Assembly (NCBI RefSeq): GCF_054482595.1
Contig: NZ_CM137008.1
Reading direction: 5' to 3' (one strand)
Length of the DNA stretch: 64,000 bases
Shown here: positions 1 through 10,929 of the stretch, in pieces
Numbering within the stretch: position 1 is the stretch's first letter
Layout of the letters: every line of letters starts with the position of its first letter
Made by a program: the position numbers and the translations under genes
The notes under the pieces: model-generated
Seen by the model: only the letters and a program-made list of their open reading frames with translations
Database searches by the model: none
Told to the model about the DNA's origin: nothing

Positions 1-1040
1 TTGGTCACATCGGTAAACTTGCTGCGGGTTCTCTGAAAGTGGGCGACGCTGTGCAGGCTGATGTTGATGAGGCTCGTCGCGCCCGTATTCGTCTGAATCA
101 CTCCGCAACGCACCTGATGCATGCTGCGCTGCGCCAGGTTCTGGGTACTCATGTATCGCAGAAAGGTTCACTGGTTAACGACAAGGTGCTGCGCTTCGAC
201 TTCTCACACAACGAAGCGATGAAACCAGAAGAGATTCGTGCGGTCGAAGACCTGGTGAACGCACAGATTCGTCGCAATTTGCCGATCGAAACCAACATCA
301 TGGATCTCGAAGCGGCGAAAGCGAAAGGTGCGATGGCGCTGTTCGGCGAGAAGTATGATGAGCGCGTACGCGTGCTGAGCATGGGCGATTTCTCCACCGA
401 GCTGTGTGGCGGTACTCACGCCAGCCGCACTGGTGATATTGGTCTGTTCCGCATCATCTCTGAATCGGGTACTGCTGCAGGCGTTCGTCGTATCGAAGCG
501 GTAACCGGAGAAGGTGCTATCGCCACCGTTCATGCAGACAGCGATCGCTTAAGCGAAGTCGCGCATCTGCTGAAAGGCGATAGCAATAATCTGGCTGATA
601 AAGTGCGCTCAGTACTGGAACGTACGCGTCAGTTAGAAAAAGAACTACAACAGCTTAAAGAACAAGCTGCCGCACAGGAGAGCGCAAATCTTTCCAGTAA
701 GGCAATTGATGTTAATGGTGTTAAGCTGTTGGTTAGCGAGCTTAGCGGTGTTGAGCCGAAAATGTGGCGTACCATGGTTGACGATTTAAAAAATCAGCTG
801 GGGTCGACAATTATCGTGCTGGCAACGGTAGCCGAAGGTAAGGTTTCTCTGATTGCAGGCGTATCTAAGGACGTCACAGATCGTGTGAAAGCAGGGGAAC
901 TGATTGGTATGGTCGCTCAGCAGGTGGGCGGCAAGGGTGGTGGACGTCCTGACATGGCGCAAGCCGGTGGTACGGATGCTGCGGCCTTACCTGCAGCGTT
1001 AGCCAGTGTGAAAGGCTGGGTCAGCGCGAAATTGCAATAA
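1..1040 (+). CDS. alaS: alanyl-tRNA synthetase, C-terminal part (5' end outside window)
   Basis: ORF runs in frame from window start; C-terminal AlaS-like sequence; followed by csrA as in the recA-alaS-csrA locus. Confidence 0.9.
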   Translation, partial: GHIGKLAAGSLKVGDAVQADVDEARRARIRLNHSATHLMHAALRQVLGTHVSQKGSLVNDKVLRFDFSHNEAMKPEEIRAVEDLVNAQIRRNLPIETNIMDLEAAKAKGAMALFGEKYDERVRVLSMGDFSTELCGGTHASRTGDIGLFRIISESGTAAGVRRIEAVTGEGAIATVHADSDRLSEVAHLLKGDSNNLADKVRSVLERTRQLEKELQQLKEQAAAQESANLSSKAIDVNGVKLLVSELSGVEPKMWRTMVDDLKNQLGSTIIVLATVAEGKVSLIAGVSKDVTDRVKAGELIGMVAQQVGGKGGGRPDMAQAGGTDAAALPAALASVKGWVSAKLQ

Positions 1041-1274
1041 TATAAGCGTCAGGCAATGCCGTGGACTCGCTTCACGGCATTCGCATTAACGCTATCGACA
1101 ACGATAAAGTCAGGTTGAAGTTGTGTATATCGGCTAAACTTAGGTTTAACAGAATGTAATGCCATGACTGCTTAGATGTAATGTGTTTGTCATTGCTTAC
1201 TTTTTGGCGTTATATGATGGATAATGCCGGGATACAGAGAGACCCGACTCTTTTAATCTTTCAAGGAGCAAAGA

Positions 1275-1460
1275 ATGCTGATTCTGACTCGTCGAGTTGG
1301 TGAGACCCTCATGATTGGGGATGAGGTCACCGTGACAGTTTTAGGGGTAAAGGGCAACCAGGTACGTATTGGCGTAAATGCCCCGAAGGAAGTTTCTGTT
1401 CACCGTGAAGAGATCTACCAGCGTATCCAGGCTGAAAAATCCCAGCAGTCCAGTTACTAA
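1275..1460 (+). CDS. csrA: carbon storage regulator CsrA (61 aa)
   Basis: 61-aa [51 protein letters not shown] matches CsrA. Confidence 0.97.
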
Positions 1461-1776
1461 TCTTTCCGCGTCTCATCTTTATCGGTGAGACGCACCCTCA
1501 AAATTTCTCCTTCACTCTATAGTCTTTTCGCTTTACTCCCGTTCATTCAACTTAAGTCTCCATATTTTTTACATTACTGCTATCTGTCAGACCTCCGTTT
1601 TTCTGTTGATAAAACACTCTTTTTGACGTTTTTACAGACTAATTGAGCGTGAAGTGTGCAAACGATAAAAGTGTGGGAAAAATTGTTTGACTTATAAGTC
1701 TCAGAAAGTAATATGTGCGCCACGCAGCGACGATGAGCGATAAACAAGTTCTTCGAAGCACTCGTAAGAGGCGTGT

Positions 1777-1869
1777 GGTGAGGTGGCCGAGAGGCTGAAG
1801 GCGCTCCCCTGCTAAGGGAGTATGCGGTCAAAAGCTGCATCCGGGGTTCGAATCCCCGCCTCACCGCCA
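1777..1869 (+). tRNA. serV: tRNA-Ser (anticodon GCU), long variable arm
   Basis: 93-nt sequence GGTGAGGTGGCCGAGAGG...CCTCACCGCCA with GCT anticodon loop. Confidence 0.93.
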
Positions 1870-1872
1870 TTT

Positions 1873-1949
1873 GCATCCGTAGCTCAGCTGGATAGAGTAC
1901 TCGGCTACGAACCGAGCGGTCGGAGGTTCGAATCCTCCCGGATGCACCA
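1873..1949 (+). tRNA. argV: tRNA-Arg (anticodon ACG), copy 1 of 4
   Basis: 77-nt GCATCCGTAGCTCAGCTGGATAGAGTACTCGGCTACGAACCGAG...GATGCACCA. Confidence 0.93.
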
Positions 1950-1974
1950 TATTCTCCGTAACTTTCAGCGATGA

Positions 1975-2084
1975 AGGTATGGAAGAGGTGGCGGTACTAA
2001 CCGCAGGCACCAGGGAGGATAACGTTGCTTTAGCAACGGCCCGAAGGGCGAGCCGCAAGGCGAGTAATCCTCCCGGATGCACCA
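1975..2084 (+). repeat. tRNA-Arg 3'-end-derived spacer repeat (copy 1)
   Basis: unit ...AGGCACCAGGGAGGATAACGTTGC...AATCCTCCCGGATGCACCA ends with a duplicate of the tRNA-Arg 3' acceptor/T-arm. Confidence 0.7.
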
Positions 2085-2148
2085 TCTCTTACTTGATACG
2101 GCTTTAGTAGCGGTATCAAAAAATCTGCAGTAAAGTAAGTTTCCCGAT

Positions 2149-2225
2149 GCATCCGTAGCTCAGCTGGATAGAGTACTCGGCTACGAACCGAGCGGTCGGA
2201 GGTTCGAATCCTCCCGGATGCACCA
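2149..2225 (+). tRNA. argY: tRNA-Arg (ACG), copy 2
   Basis: identical 77-nt tRNA-Arg sequence. Confidence 0.93.
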
Positions 2226-2287
2226 TCTCTTACTTGATATGGCTTTAGTAGCGGTATCAATATCAGCAGTAAAATAAATTTCCCGAT

Positions 2288-2364
2288 GCATCCGTAGCTC
2301 AGCTGGATAGAGTACTCGGCTACGAACCGAGCGGTCGGAGGTTCGAATCCTCCCGGATGCACCA
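2288..2364 (+). tRNA. argZ: tRNA-Arg (ACG), copy 3
   Basis: identical 77-nt tRNA-Arg sequence. Confidence 0.93.
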
Positions 2365-2394
2365 TATTCTCCGAAATCTTCAGCAATGAAGATA

Positions 2395-2499
2395 TCGAAG
2401 AGGTAGCGGAATTAACCGCAGGCACCAGGGAGGATAACGTTGCGCCAGCAACGGCCCGAAGGGCGAGCCGCAAGGCGAGTAATCCTCCCGGATGCACCA
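2395..2499 (+). repeat. tRNA-Arg 3'-end-derived spacer repeat (copy 2)
   Basis: near-identical to unit at 1975-2084. Confidence 0.7.
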
Positions 2500-2562
2500 T
2501 CTCTTACTTGATATGGCTTTAGTAGCGATATCAATATCAGCAGTAAAATAAATTTTCCCGAT

Positions 2563-2639
2563 GCATCCGTAGCTCAGCTGGATAGAGTACTCGGCTACGA
2601 ACCGAGCGGTCGGAGGTTCGAATCCTCCCGGATGCACCA
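2563..2639 (+). tRNA. argQ: tRNA-Arg (ACG), copy 4
   Basis: identical 77-nt tRNA-Arg sequence. Confidence 0.93.
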
Positions 2640-2688
2640 TATTCTCCGAAATCTTCAGCAATGAAGATATCGAAGAGGTAGCGGAATT

Positions 2689-2772
2689 AACCGCAGGCAC
2701 CAGGAAGGATAACGTTGCTTTAGCAACGGCCCGAAGGGCGAACGCCAGTGAGTCATCCTCCCGGATGCACCA
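2689..2772 (+). repeat. tRNA-Arg 3'-end-derived spacer repeat (copy 3, more diverged)
   Basis: third copy of GGATAACGTTGCTTTAGCAACGGCCCGAAGGGCGA...CCTCCCGGATGCACCA unit. Confidence 0.65.
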
Positions 2773-2919
2773 TCTTCTCCAAAAAATTTCCTTCAAAAAT
2801 ATCTCATTTCTAAATAACTACTTTATCCATTTCCTGAATTTTCTTCTCCTTCGCCATCAGCGACAAAATCAAGCAATTACGCTAAAGTAGCGTCATATTT
2901 TTCGACTTGCGAGAAGACC

Positions 2920-3486
2920 ATGTACGAGCGTTATGCAGGTTTAATTTTTGATATGGATGGCACAATCCTGGATACGGAGCCTACGCACCGTAAAGCGTGG
3001 CGCGAAGTATTAGGGCACTACGGTCTTCAGTACGATGTTCAGGCGATGATTGCGCTTAATGGATCGCCCACCTGGCGTATTGCTCAGGCAATTATTGAGC
3101 TGAATCAGGCCGATCTCGACCCGCATGCGTTAGCGCGTGAAAAAACAGAAGCAGTAAGAAGTATGCTACTGGATAGTGTCGAGCCGCTTCCTCTTGTTGA
3201 AGTGGTGAAAAGTTGGCATGGTCGTCGCCCAATGGCTGTAGGAACGGGGAGTGAAAGCGCCATCGCTGAGGCATTGCTGGCTCACCTGGGATTACGCCGT
3301 TATTTTGACGCCGTCGTCGCTGCCGATCACGTCCAACACCATAAACCTGCGCCAGACACATTTTTGTTGTGCGCGCAGCGTATGGGCGTGAAACCGACAC
3401 AGTGTGTGGTCTTTGAAGATGCCGATTTCGGTATTCAGGCGGCCCGTGCAGCAGGCATGGACGCTGTGGATGTTCGCTTGCTGTGA
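2920..3486 (+). CDS. yqaB: HAD-family sugar phosphatase YqaB
   Basis: 188-aa ORF with HAD motif FDMDGTILDTE; locus position next to arg tRNAs. Confidence 0.9.
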   Translation: MYERYAGLIFDMDGTILDTEPTHRKAWREVLGHYGLQYDVQAMIALNGSPTWRIAQAIIELNQADLDPHALAREKTEAVRSMLLDSVEPLPLVEVVKSWHGRRPMAVGTGSESAIAEALLAHLGLRRYFDAVVAADHVQHHKPAPDTFLLCAQRMGVKPTQCVVFEDADFGIQAARAAGMDAVDVRLL

Positions 3487-3911
3487 GTGAAGCGTTATCG
3501 CTTTTCTCGTTGTTTGCCAGTAGTTTTCTCAGCGCTACACTATTACCCGGCAACTCCGAAGTCGTGCTGGTGGCAATGTTGCTTTCCGGGATCAGTCATC
3601 CCTGGGTTTTAGTTTTAACAGCAACAATGGGTAATAGCCTTGGAGGGTTAACTAACGTTATCCTTGGGCGTTTCTTTCCATTGCGTAAAACATCGCGCTG
3701 GCAAGAGAAAGCTACCGGCTGGCTGAAACGCTATGGTGCAGTCACGCTATTATTAAGCTGGATGCCCGTGGTTGGCGATTTACTGTGTCTGTTAGCGGGA
3801 TGGATGCGCATCTCCTGGGGGCCAGTAATCTTTTTTTTGTGCCTTGGTAAAGCGTTACGCTATGTTGCAGTTGCAGCAGCGACCGTTCAGGGCATGATGT
3901 GGTGGCACTAA
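3483..3911 (+). CDS. yqaA: DedA-family inner membrane protein YqaA
   Basis: 142-aa hydrophobic ORF overlapping yqaB stop by 4 nt. Confidence 0.88.
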   Translation: MSEALSLFSLFASSFLSATLLPGNSEVVLVAMLLSGISHPWVLVLTATMGNSLGGLTNVILGRFFPLRKTSRWQEKATGWLKRYGAVTLLLSWMPVVGDLLCLLAGWMRISWGPVIFFLCLGKALRYVAVAAATVQGMMWWH

Positions 3912-3956
3912 TTGTAGGCCTGCACATATGGTCACCATTACAGTTATGCTAATTAA

Positions 3957-5540
<1,584 letters not shown>

Positions 5541-5544
5541 CAGA

Positions 5545-5621
5545 AAAGAAAAAGGCCACTCGTGAGTGGCCAAAATTTCATCTCTGAATTCAGGGATGAT
5601 GATAACAAATGCGCGTCTTTC
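5545..5621 (-). ncRNA. micA: MicA (SraD) small regulatory RNA
   Basis: reverse complement reads GAAAGACGCGCATTTGTTATCATCATCCCTGAATTCAGAGATGAAATTTTGGCCACTCACGAGTGGCCTTTTTCTT, in the gshA-luxS intergenic region. Confidence 0.9.
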
Positions 5622-5689
5622 ATATACTCAGACTCGCCTGGGAAGAAAGAGTTCAGAAAATTTTTAAAAAAATTACCGGAGGTGGCTAA

Positions 5690-6205
5690 ATGCCGTTGTT
5701 AGATAGCTTCACAGTCGATCATACCCGGATGGAAGCGCCTGCAGTTCGGGTGGCGAAAACAATGAACACCCCGCATGGCGACGCAATCACCGTGTTCGAT
5801 CTGCGCTTCTGCGTGCCGAACAAAGAAGTGATGCCAGAAAGAGGGATCCATACCCTGGAGCACCTGTTTGCTGGTTTTATGCGTAACCATCTTAACGGTA
5901 ATGGTGTAGAGATTATCGATATCTCGCCAATGGGCTGCCGCACCGGTTTTTATATGAGTCTGATTGGTACGCCAGATGAGCAGCGTGTTGCTGATGCCTG
6001 GAAAGCGGCAATGGAAGACGTGCTGAAAGTGCAGGATCAGAATCAGATTCCGGAGCTGAACGTCTACCAGTGTGGCACTTACCAGATGCACTCGTTGCAG
6101 GAAGCGCAGGATATTGCGCGTAGCATTCTGGAACGTGACGTGCGCATCAACAGCAACGAAGAACTGGCGCTGCCGAAAGAGAAGTTGCAGGAACTGCACA
6201 TTTAG
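5690..6205 (+). CDS. luxS: S-ribosylhomocysteine lyase LuxS
   Basis: 171-aa [28 protein letters not shown]... Confidence 0.96.
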
Positions 6206-6232
6206 TCAGTAAACTATCTTCACAATTAATTG

Positions 6233-6258
6233 AAAAAAGCCAGTTCAAATGAACTGGC
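6233..6258 (-). terminator. intrinsic terminator downstream of emrB
   Basis: hairpin GCCAGTTCAAATGAACTGGC followed by a T-run on the minus strand. Confidence 0.6.
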
Positions 6259-6268
6259 TTAGTTGTAC

Positions 6269-7807
6269 TTAGTGCGCACCGCCTCCGCCGCCACCTGCGC
6301 CAAAGGGCGGTTTAGCAAACCACACCAGCCCCAGCAAGACGAGGAATATCCCGGCTGACATCCAGAAGATCTCATTTGCGGAAATAATCAGCCCCTGATT
6401 GGTGATCTGCTGGGCAATCCAGCCTGATGCCTGCTGTTGCGTCATCCCAAGTCCTTCCAGTTGACTGTACATCGCCTGGGCATTCGGGTTGAACGGGTTT
6501 ACCGACTCGGTTAACTGCGCATGGTGCATCGACTCGCGGTTGGTCCACATGGTTGTGGTTATCGACGTGCCGATAGACCCCGCCAGCGTACGCGTAAAGT
6601 TGGAGAGGCTCGATGCCGCCGCCAGTCGTTCCGGTGGCAAACCAGACAGCGTAATGGTGGTCAGCGGCATAAAGAAGCAGGCCACCGCAAACCCCTGGAT
6701 AAACTGCGGCCAGGCCGACGCGCCAAAATCCATACCTGGTTCAAAGGTATAGGCACGCCAGTAGAAGCAGACGGCATACATAATAAAGCTGAAGGTTACC
6801 AGTCGGCGCATATCCAGTTTATGCGCGAAGCGGCCGATAATCGGCGACAGTATCACTGGAATAATCCCTACCGGCGCAGAGGCCAAACCTGCCCAGGTCG
6901 CCGTGTAACCGTAGACCTCCTGCAACAACTGCGGCAGCAGAACAATCGCGCCGAAGTAGAGCATATACGCGAGGCTGATACACAAACAGCCGATGGTGAA
7001 GTTGCGCGACTTAAACAACGACAGATCGACTATCGGGTTATCGTCGGTCAGCTCCCAGACAATCAGGAAGCAGATAGCCACCACCGCCACCACGGTAAGG
7101 ATGATAATTTCCTGTGATGAAAACCAGTCCAGCTCTTTACCGCGGTCGAGCATAATCTGCAGGCTGCCTATACCAATAACCAGCAGTGCCAGCCCCACGG
7201 CATCAATCCGCCGCCGTTCGGTGCGGGTTTCGCGTCCGCGCAGAGTTTGCAGTGTCATCAACACCACCGCCACGCCAATCGGCACGTTGATGAAGAATAT
7301 CCAGCCCCAGTGGTAATTATCGCTGATATACCCGCCGAGGATTGGGCCGCAAATTGGCGCGACAATCACCGTCATCGACCACAACGCCAGCGCGATTGAG
7401 CGTTTGGCTGGCGGGTAATTATTCAGCAATAGACTTTGCGAAAGCGGGATCAACGGCCCGGCGACAATCCCCTGAATCACGCGGAAGAAGATCAGCATAT
7501 TCAGGCTGCTGGAGACACCACACGCCCACGACGCAATAGCAAAGGCGATGGTTGACCAGAGGAACAGTTTCACTTCCCCGACGCGCTTTGCCAGCCAGCC
7601 GGTAAGCGGGATCGAGATGGCATTCGCCACCCCGAAAGAAGTGATTACCCACGTTCCCTGGCTGAGCGATGAGCCCAGATTCCCGGCGATAGTGGGGATC
7701 GCCACGTTAGCAATGGTGGAGTCCAGCACCTGCATGAATGTCGCTAGTGACAGCGCAATCGTCATAATGACCAGTTGCGCGCCTTCCAGCGGTTTTTGCT
7801 GTTGCAT
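6269..7807 (-). CDS. emrB: multidrug efflux MFS permease EmrB
   Basis: 512-aa 14-TMS-like ORF starting MQQQKPLEGAQLVIMTIALS. Confidence 0.95.
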   Translation of the reverse strand: MQQQKPLEGAQLVIMTIALSLATFMQVLDSTIANVAIPTIAGNLGSSLSQGTWVITSFGVANAISIPLTGWLAKRVGEVKLFLWSTIAFAIASWACGVSSSLNMLIFFRVIQGIVAGPLIPLSQSLLLNNYPPAKRSIALALWSMTVIVAPICGPILGGYISDNYHWGWIFFINVPIGVAVVLMTLQTLRGRETRTERRRIDAVGLALLVIGIGSLQIMLDRGKELDWFSSQEIIILTVVAVVAICFLIVWELTDDNPIVDLSLFKSRNFTIGCLCISLAYMLYFGAIVLLPQLLQEVYGYTATWAGLASAPVGIIPVILSPIIGRFAHKLDMRRLVTFSFIMYAVCFYWRAYTFEPGMDFGASAWPQFIQGFAVACFFMPLTTITLSGLPPERLAAASSLSNFTRTLAGSIGTSITTTMWTNRESMHHAQLTESVNPFNPNAQAMYSQLEGLGMTQQQASGWIAQQITNQGLIISANEIFWMSAGIFLVLLGLVWFAKPPFGAGGGGGGAH

Positions 7808-7823
7808 CACACGCACCTCTGGA

Positions 7824-8996
7824 TTAGCCAGCGTTAGCTTTTACGATATCGTCGATCAGTTTATTGACAGGTGCCAGGCTGATTTCACGCGCGGTGCTTA
7901 CCGCTACCGGAGTGGAACGTACTTTATTTGCCAGTACCTGACCGTCACGGTTAGTGGTATTGACGCTCACCAGCGTGGATAAACCGATACGCAGCGGATA
8001 TTGCTCCAGCTGTTTCTGGTCCAGTTCGATACGCACAGGCAGACGCTGAACGACTTTGATCCAGTTACCGGTCGCATTTTGCGCTGGAAGCAGTGAGAAC
8101 GCGCTACCTGTGCCCATATCCAGACCAACCACTTTACCGGTGTATTTCACATCATCGCCGTAAATATCGGTGGTGATGGTGACCGGCTGACCGATGCGCA
8201 TATTGGCAATCTGCGTCTCTTTAAAGTTGGCATCCACCCACATATTGGTGGCTGGAACGACCGCCATCAGCGGCGTCGTTGGGCTAATTTGCGCCCCAGG
8301 CTGTACCGCGCGGCGGGAGACATAACCGGTCATCGGACTGACAATACGAGTACGCTCCAGCGCCAGCCAGGCGTTACGTACTTCGGTGGCAGCCTGTTGC
8401 ACGGCAGGCTGATCTTCCAGTTTAGTCCCCAGAATCATCGCCTGATTGGCATTGTATTGTTGAATCGCGACGTCCAGTTGCGCCTGGGCACTGGTAACGG
8501 CGTCGCGGGCGTGTTGCAGCTCTTCGCGACCAATCAGGTTGGCATTGCCCAGCGGCACACGGCGGTTGTAGTCGCTTTGTGCTTTCGCGAGGGCGATTTT
8601 TTGCACCTCAATATTCGCCTGCAACTGTTTGCTGTTAATCATCAGCTGGTGGGTTTGGCGAACGCTGGAAGCCAGTGCAGTTTTGGCTTTTTCAAACGCC
8701 TGGCGAGCATCTGTCGGGTCGAGAGTGACCAGCACGTCGCCTTCTTTTACAAAATCGGTGTTATCGGCCCAGACTTTCGTCACGCTGCCAGACACCTGAG
8801 ACATAATTTGAATTTGATTCCCTGCCACGTATGCGTCATCGGTTTCTTCGAAGTGACGCAGTACCAAAAACCAATAAATCCCTATCGCTACGGCAATAAT
8901 TATAAAGAGCAAGGTGAGAAGGAGGAGCAGACGCTTACGTTTGCCGCTCTTCTTTACCGGTTGCTGCGGGGTTTGAGTCTCCGCATTTGCGCTCAT
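7824..8996 (-). CDS. emrA: multidrug efflux membrane fusion protein EmrA
   Basis: 390-aa ORF MSANAETQTPQQPVKKSGKRKR... Confidence 0.95.
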   Translation of the reverse strand: MSANAETQTPQQPVKKSGKRKRLLLLLTLLFIIIAVAIGIYWFLVLRHFEETDDAYVAGNQIQIMSQVSGSVTKVWADNTDFVKEGDVLVTLDPTDARQAFEKAKTALASSVRQTHQLMINSKQLQANIEVQKIALAKAQSDYNRRVPLGNANLIGREELQHARDAVTSAQAQLDVAIQQYNANQAMILGTKLEDQPAVQQAATEVRNAWLALERTRIVSPMTGYVSRRAVQPGAQISPTTPLMAVVPATNMWVDANFKETQIANMRIGQPVTITTDIYGDDVKYTGKVVGLDMGTGSAFSLLPAQNATGNWIKVVQRLPVRIELDQKQLEQYPLRIGLSTLVSVNTTNRDGQVLANKVRSTPVAVSTAREISLAPVNKLIDDIVKANAG

Positions 8997-9046
8997 ATTG
9001 TTCTCCACGATCTTCTTAACTCATCGGCTGAGCCGACCTGCTTGCC

Positions 9047-9086
9047 AAAAAGGCCAGCATGTTGCGATGCTGGCCAGTCATTTTTT
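9047..9086 (-). terminator. hairpin/attenuator between emrR and emrA
   Basis: GGCCAGCATGTTGCGATGCTGGCC hairpin flanked by T-runs on both strands. Confidence 0.5.
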
Positions 9087-9122
9087 CTTTTATAAATCTG
9101 GATTTTTGAGCGAGATGACGCG

Positions 9123-9653
9123 TTAGCTCATCGCTTCGAGAACCACACCGTCTTGTTCCATCTGGTCGAGACGGGAGAGCAATTTGCGGGTGATTTGCTC
9201 GAGCTGATCTTTTTCTGTTGTGCTGAGCGCGGACCAGAGTTGATGCAGGCAGTTATGCTGCGGTGGTAAAACCTCGCGCAAAAACTCGTGACCTTTTTCC
9301 GTTAATTGCAGATGCAGGCAGCGGCGATCATTATCGCTTTCACGACGTTCGATCCAACCGCGTTTTTCCAGTTCATCGGCAATACGCGTCGCGTTGGTAC
9401 GGGATGATCCAAGAGCACAACTTAATTCAGAAGGCTGAATACTGTGGTTTTCCTGAGACTCCAGCGTAATCAACGCCATAAACAACGTCTCGTTAATCCC
9501 CTGAGCCTTCAGCATTTTATTGCGGTTCTCCAGCAGCTTGCTTTGCATGTGCATGCAAAGACGAGTCAGAAGGATCTCCTGATAAGGAAAATCTTCGTGG
9601 CGGCTGGCGCGAAATTTTAGCATTTGTTCAATGGGCGTAAACGAACTATCCAT
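9123..9653 (-). CDS. mprA: MarR-family repressor EmrR/MprA
   Basis: 176-aa ORF; first gene of the emrRAB operon. Confidence 0.93.
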
Positions 9654-9743
9654 TTGGGTATGACCTCATTAATTTCAGCCGATATAGTAACGACAGTGAC
9701 AAATAAAGTAAATGTATTGTTTTAGAAAAATGATTCTTGTGGG

Positions 9744-10079
9744 TTATATAATCGCCATCACTTTCCAGGCGAGCCCATAGGCCAGCGCACTAAGCAGTGT
9801 TGGGATGATAATGCTGCGTGTTTTATAGAAACTGGCACCCAGTACCGCGAAGCCGACCAGCGTGGGCACGAAACGGCGTGTATCGTGCATCACTTCTGGT
9901 GCGGTAGAGACAACCAGCAGAGCGCATATCGAGGCGATGCCAATGGTGTCGAGCAAAATACCTACCGCGCCACGTTTGGTTGGGCGGGCATTACCCACAC
10001 GCAGGCGCAGCGGCAAATAGCGGAAGCAATAATTCGCTGCGCCAACCAGTAACCCAAGCAGCAGAACCTCATAGCTCAT
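9744..10079 (-). CDS. ygaH: L-valine exporter small subunit (AzlD-like)
   Basis: 111-aa membrane ORF overlapping ygaZ. Confidence 0.88.
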   Translation of the reverse strand: MSYEVLLLGLLVGAANYCFRYLPLRLRVGNARPTKRGAVGILLDTIGIASICALLVVSTAPEVMHDTRRFVPTLVGFAVLGASFYKTRSIIIPTLLSALAYGLAWKVMAII

Positions 10080-10806
10080 CGGGCGCTCCTTGCCAGAATG
10101 CCTGGATTAACGCAGTGAGGCAGCCACAGACAATGCCTGCCAGAATGGCGACGGGAATAGAAAATAGCGTTACGCCTGCAAGGGCACCAACTAACGCTGC
10201 GGTAACGCAAAGAGATTGTTTGCGCTGGAAAGAGGCGAGCAGGAAACTCATAAAGAGTGCCGGAAGCATAAAACCTAATGCTGCTTCAACGGCGGGATAA
10301 CCTTGCAGCAAGCCGCTGCCGGAGAATGCCCCTATTACCGTACCAAATACCCACGATGACCATGAACTGAAGGCAATGCCGATCATCCAGTTCTCGCTCC
10401 AGCGGCGATTATTGCGTACCAGTTTTGCGGTGGCGGCGGCAAAAACCTCATCCGTCAGGCCAAACGCCCATAGGGCGGTTTTCGATTTTTGCAGACGCTG
10501 AATAATACGGCTACGCAGTGACGGGCCATACAACACATGGCGAACATCCATTGCCATGACGGTCAGTGCAGCAACCCACAAACTACTCCCGGCTGCCAGC
10601 ATCGCGGTAATGACGAACTGGCTCGCGCCTGCATAAATGATGCAGGAGAAAAAAACGCTTTCGAGAGGAGAGAATCCCAGACGGGTCGCATTCAGACCGA
10701 ACGCAAAGGCCACCGGAATATAACTAATAACAATCGGTAAACTGTCTTTGCATCCTTCCATGAAGGTCGCCGAACCAGGAGCAGGCTGTGGAGTAGGGCT
10801 TTCCAT
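10069..10806 (-). CDS. ygaZ: L-valine exporter large subunit (AzlC-like)
   Basis: 245-aa membrane ORF. Confidence 0.88.
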   Translation of the reverse strand: MESPTPQPAPGSATFMEGCKDSLPIVISYIPVAFAFGLNATRLGFSPLESVFFSCIIYAGASQFVITAMLAAGSSLWVAALTVMAMDVRHVLYGPSLRSRIIQRLQKSKTALWAFGLTDEVFAAATAKLVRNNRRWSENWMIGIAFSSWSSWVFGTVIGAFSGSGLLQGYPAVEAALGFMLPALFMSFLLASFQRKQSLCVTAALVGALAGVTLFSIPVAILAGIVCGCLTALIQAFWQGAPDEL

Positions 10807-10929
10807 AGAGTGTACGCTTAACGATTGTTAATATTATAAATAGACTGAATGAATATCTTAACCTTATCAGACTGATGGGCTTCTTAACACCCTTATAAGT
10901 GTAAAGCCACGAAAACGGTTGCTGATTGC

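Noticed and set aside
1468-1493. Hairpin after csrA as an intrinsic terminator
   Set aside because: The inverted repeat is present but not followed by a clear T-run, so it was not called as a terminator.
1975-2772. Possible CRISPR array suggested by regularly spaced repeats
   Set aside because: The repeating units are complete tRNA-Arg genes and tRNA-derived fragments, with no CRISPR repeat-spacer architecture and no cas genes nearby.
6521-7117. 198-aa plus-strand ORF (and several others) inside emrB
   Set aside because: It lies antisense within a well-supported transporter gene and has Arg-rich low-complexity composition typical of spurious GC-rich antisense frames.
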